Source: Blastocladiella emersonii ATCC 22665
Taxonomy: Eukaryota > Fungi > Blastocladiomycota
Direction: 5' to 3'
NCBI GenBank assembly: GCA_025594325.1
Contig: JANHCV010000003.1
Coordinates: forward strand, 1,798,001-1,862,000
Length of the DNA stretch: 64,000 nucleotides
The notes under the pieces are model-generated. The model saw only the letters and a list, made by a program, of their open reading frames with translations. It was not told the origin of the DNA and did not search any database. Shown piece by piece: positions 62,356-64,000 of this stretch. Numbering within the stretch: position 1 is the stretch's first letter; every line of letters starts with the position of its first letter. Position numbers and translations under genes: made by a program.

Positions 62356-63327
62356 TTATGCCCGAGGCCGCTTCGGCGGGCCCGCCCCGTACTGGGCCGC
62401 GCCCGAGTCATCAGGTGCGGCGCGTTTGCCATGACCCGCGGCGCGAGAGCCCTCGCCCGGACTGCTCGCGCCCGCGAATGCCGCGCTTCCACCGCCACGA
62501 GTCCTGGGAAACTGCACTGCGGGGAGAGGGGGCTGCTGGGGAGGAACGGCCGCGTAGGTGGCGCACGCCGCCTGCATGTCTGCCACGCTCCCCGTCTCCT
62601 CTTGCCCGACAGCCGATGCCGTACCCGTCTGCATGCCGCCCTTGATGGACTGCAGCACTTGTTGGCTGCCCTCCTGGCTCTGCCGCATGGCTGCGACTTG
62701 ACGACCACGCTGGGACTCCTCCTCCAATACTTGCGCGTATGCTCGCGCCGCAGCTTCCTTGGCCCTCGCCTCCATCTCGCGCCGATCCATCGGTACTCGC
62801 CGATCTTCGTCCCCGAGCGACCGATCCGTGGCAGCGACGGGAGGCGGCGGTTCCACAGCACGGGGAGGGAGGGAACTGGACGCGTGCGGCGCGTGCGTGC
62901 TGCGCCGAGGTGCGCTGTGGGCGGCAGGGATAGGAGGCGGTGGGACCATGGTCGGGATCCGAGTAGGCGTGAACGAAGGGCGGTCGGGCGGGTGCTGCGA
63001 AGATGATGAGGCAGCAGGCGGTTGTGGTGCGATCTCGGCGGGGCCTCCTGCGTACGGCTGCGGGGACGAGTCCTGCTGCAGGTGCTGCTGCTGCGAGTGT
63101 TGAAACGGGTGCGCGAGTGCAGCGGGACGGGCCGGTACATGGCTAGGGACAAACATGGAGCCCGACGACTGCGAGAAAATCTTCTCTAGCTCCTCCGCGT
63201 CTTCAGCGGACGCGAAAGTACTGTGAGGCGACGACGCGCGGGGCGCGTTCTCGAAGTTGTCTGCGAGCGGCGAGTATCCTGCATCAGCGATGTCAGGCGG
63301 GGCGTTGTATACGTAATTGGGCAACAT
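62356..63327 (-). CDS. Hypothetical low-complexity protein with a coiled-coil segment
   Basis: Long ORF from MLPNYVYN; REMEARAKEAAARAYAQVLEEE is helical; no family recognised. Confidence 0.45.
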   Translation of the reverse strand: MLPNYVYNAPPDIADAGYSPLADNFENAPRASSPHSTFASAEDAEELEKIFSQSSGSMFVPSHVPARPAALAHPFQHSQQQHLQQDSSPQPYAGGPAEIAPQPPAASSSSQHPPDRPSFTPTRIPTMVPPPPIPAAHSAPRRSTHAPHASSSLPPRAVEPPPPVAATDRSLGDEDRRVPMDRREMEARAKEAAARAYAQVLEEESQRGRQVAAMRQSQEGSQQVLQSIKGGMQTGTASAVGQEETGSVADMQAACATYAAVPPQQPPLPAVQFPRTRGGGSAAFAGASSPGEGSRAAGHGKRAAPDDSGAAQYGAGPPKRPRA

Positions 63328-64000
63328 GCACACGATCAGCGACGAGCTCCTGGAGCTGTTCAAGAACCCGAAGCTGCGCGCGCTTCTCGGTCTCACGCTC
63401 GAAAAGGAGGTGAGCCGCAGCGGTATGCAACGAGTTTCCCGTACAGCTGCGCTTTCCGTTGCTAACTCGCGACATCTCCCAACTAGGAAAAGCGTACTGG
63501 TGCATCACGGAAAAGGGCAAGCGCCGCCCCAAGTCGACGCCCGCGCACGAGTTCCAGTTCGACAGCATCAAGGGGAAGTCGCCGCTCACGGCCAAGGACT
63601 TCTGGAACAGCCAGTCCTCGCTGCTCAGCAGCAAGGGCATCGACTCGGAGACCAAGTTCGGCGAGTACATGGTCGAGGAGCCGCAGCGTTTCTTCGACCG
63701 CGGCGACAATATTGTGGTCAAGGGCTGGTCCGTGATCTTCGAGAAGCAGCAGCAGCAGCAGCAGCGCGACACGCACTCGCGCGGCGTCGTCTTCCAGGTC
63801 ATTCGCCTCGCCGAAAAGCGGCAGGCGCACAAGGCCAAGGTCGTGGTCGCCGCGTGGGCGGTGGTCCAGCGCTACGCCATCCTCGAGGGCGAGACGGACG
63901 AGTTCGAGTGCCAGCGGATCGACCTGACCTCAGATCTTGTTTTCGTCCCGGTCCTCGACGTCCTGCAGTCGTTCCACCCTGTTCACCACTGCACGAAGGA
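63326..64000 (+). CDS. Hypothetical protein, runs off the window end (possibly transposon-derived)
   Basis: MHTISDELLELFKNPKLRALL, a GTGAGC..GCTAAC..TAG intron, then a globular-looking open frame ending DVLQSFHPVHHCTK. Confidence 0.45.
   Translation, partial: MHTISDELLELFKNPKLRALLGLTLEKEVSRSGMQRVSRTAALSVANSRHLPTRKSVLVHHGKGQAPPQVDARARVPVRQHQGEVAAHGQGLLEQPVLAAQQQGHRLGDQVRRVHGRGAAAFLRPRRQYCGQGLVRDLREAAAAAAARHALARRRLPGHSPRRKAAGAQGQGRGRRVGGGPALRHPRGRDGRVRVPADRPDLRSCFRPGPRRPAVVPPCSPLHEG

Overview
GC-rich, intron-containing eukaryotic DNA (GT..CTAAC..YAG introns). It is fungal and probably from an early-diverging zoosporic lineage such as Blastocladiomycota; this is inferred from gene content and style. 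Ordinary genes: indoleamine 2,3-dioxygenase, an ankyrin protein, stomatin, PIG-L/GPI12, RAV1/DMXL, VWA8, a FAR-17a/AIG1-like membrane protein, VPS52 and a membrane spermidine-synthase-like methyltransferase. Three things stand out. (1) A three-member chromodomain family, in which two tandem paralogs carry an internal copy of the histone H3 tail (RKSTGGKAP[RK], H3 residues 8-16/18) conserved only through synonymous changes. (2) A ~25 kb palindrome with two apparently identical 7,970-bp arms (28411-36380 and 45857-53826) around a 9.5-kb spacer. The arms fade on both sides into older diverged homology and carry a bacterial-type serine protease and fragments of ABC-transporter and TRS31 genes, with FAB1 relics just inside them. 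(3) Within each arm, four 59-bp direct repeats are separated by unique 44-48-bp spacers. The repeat folds into a multi-hairpin RNA with a UUCG tetraloop, and each spacer starts with a different-sequence hairpin. Exon boundaries and relic limits were read by eye and are approximate.
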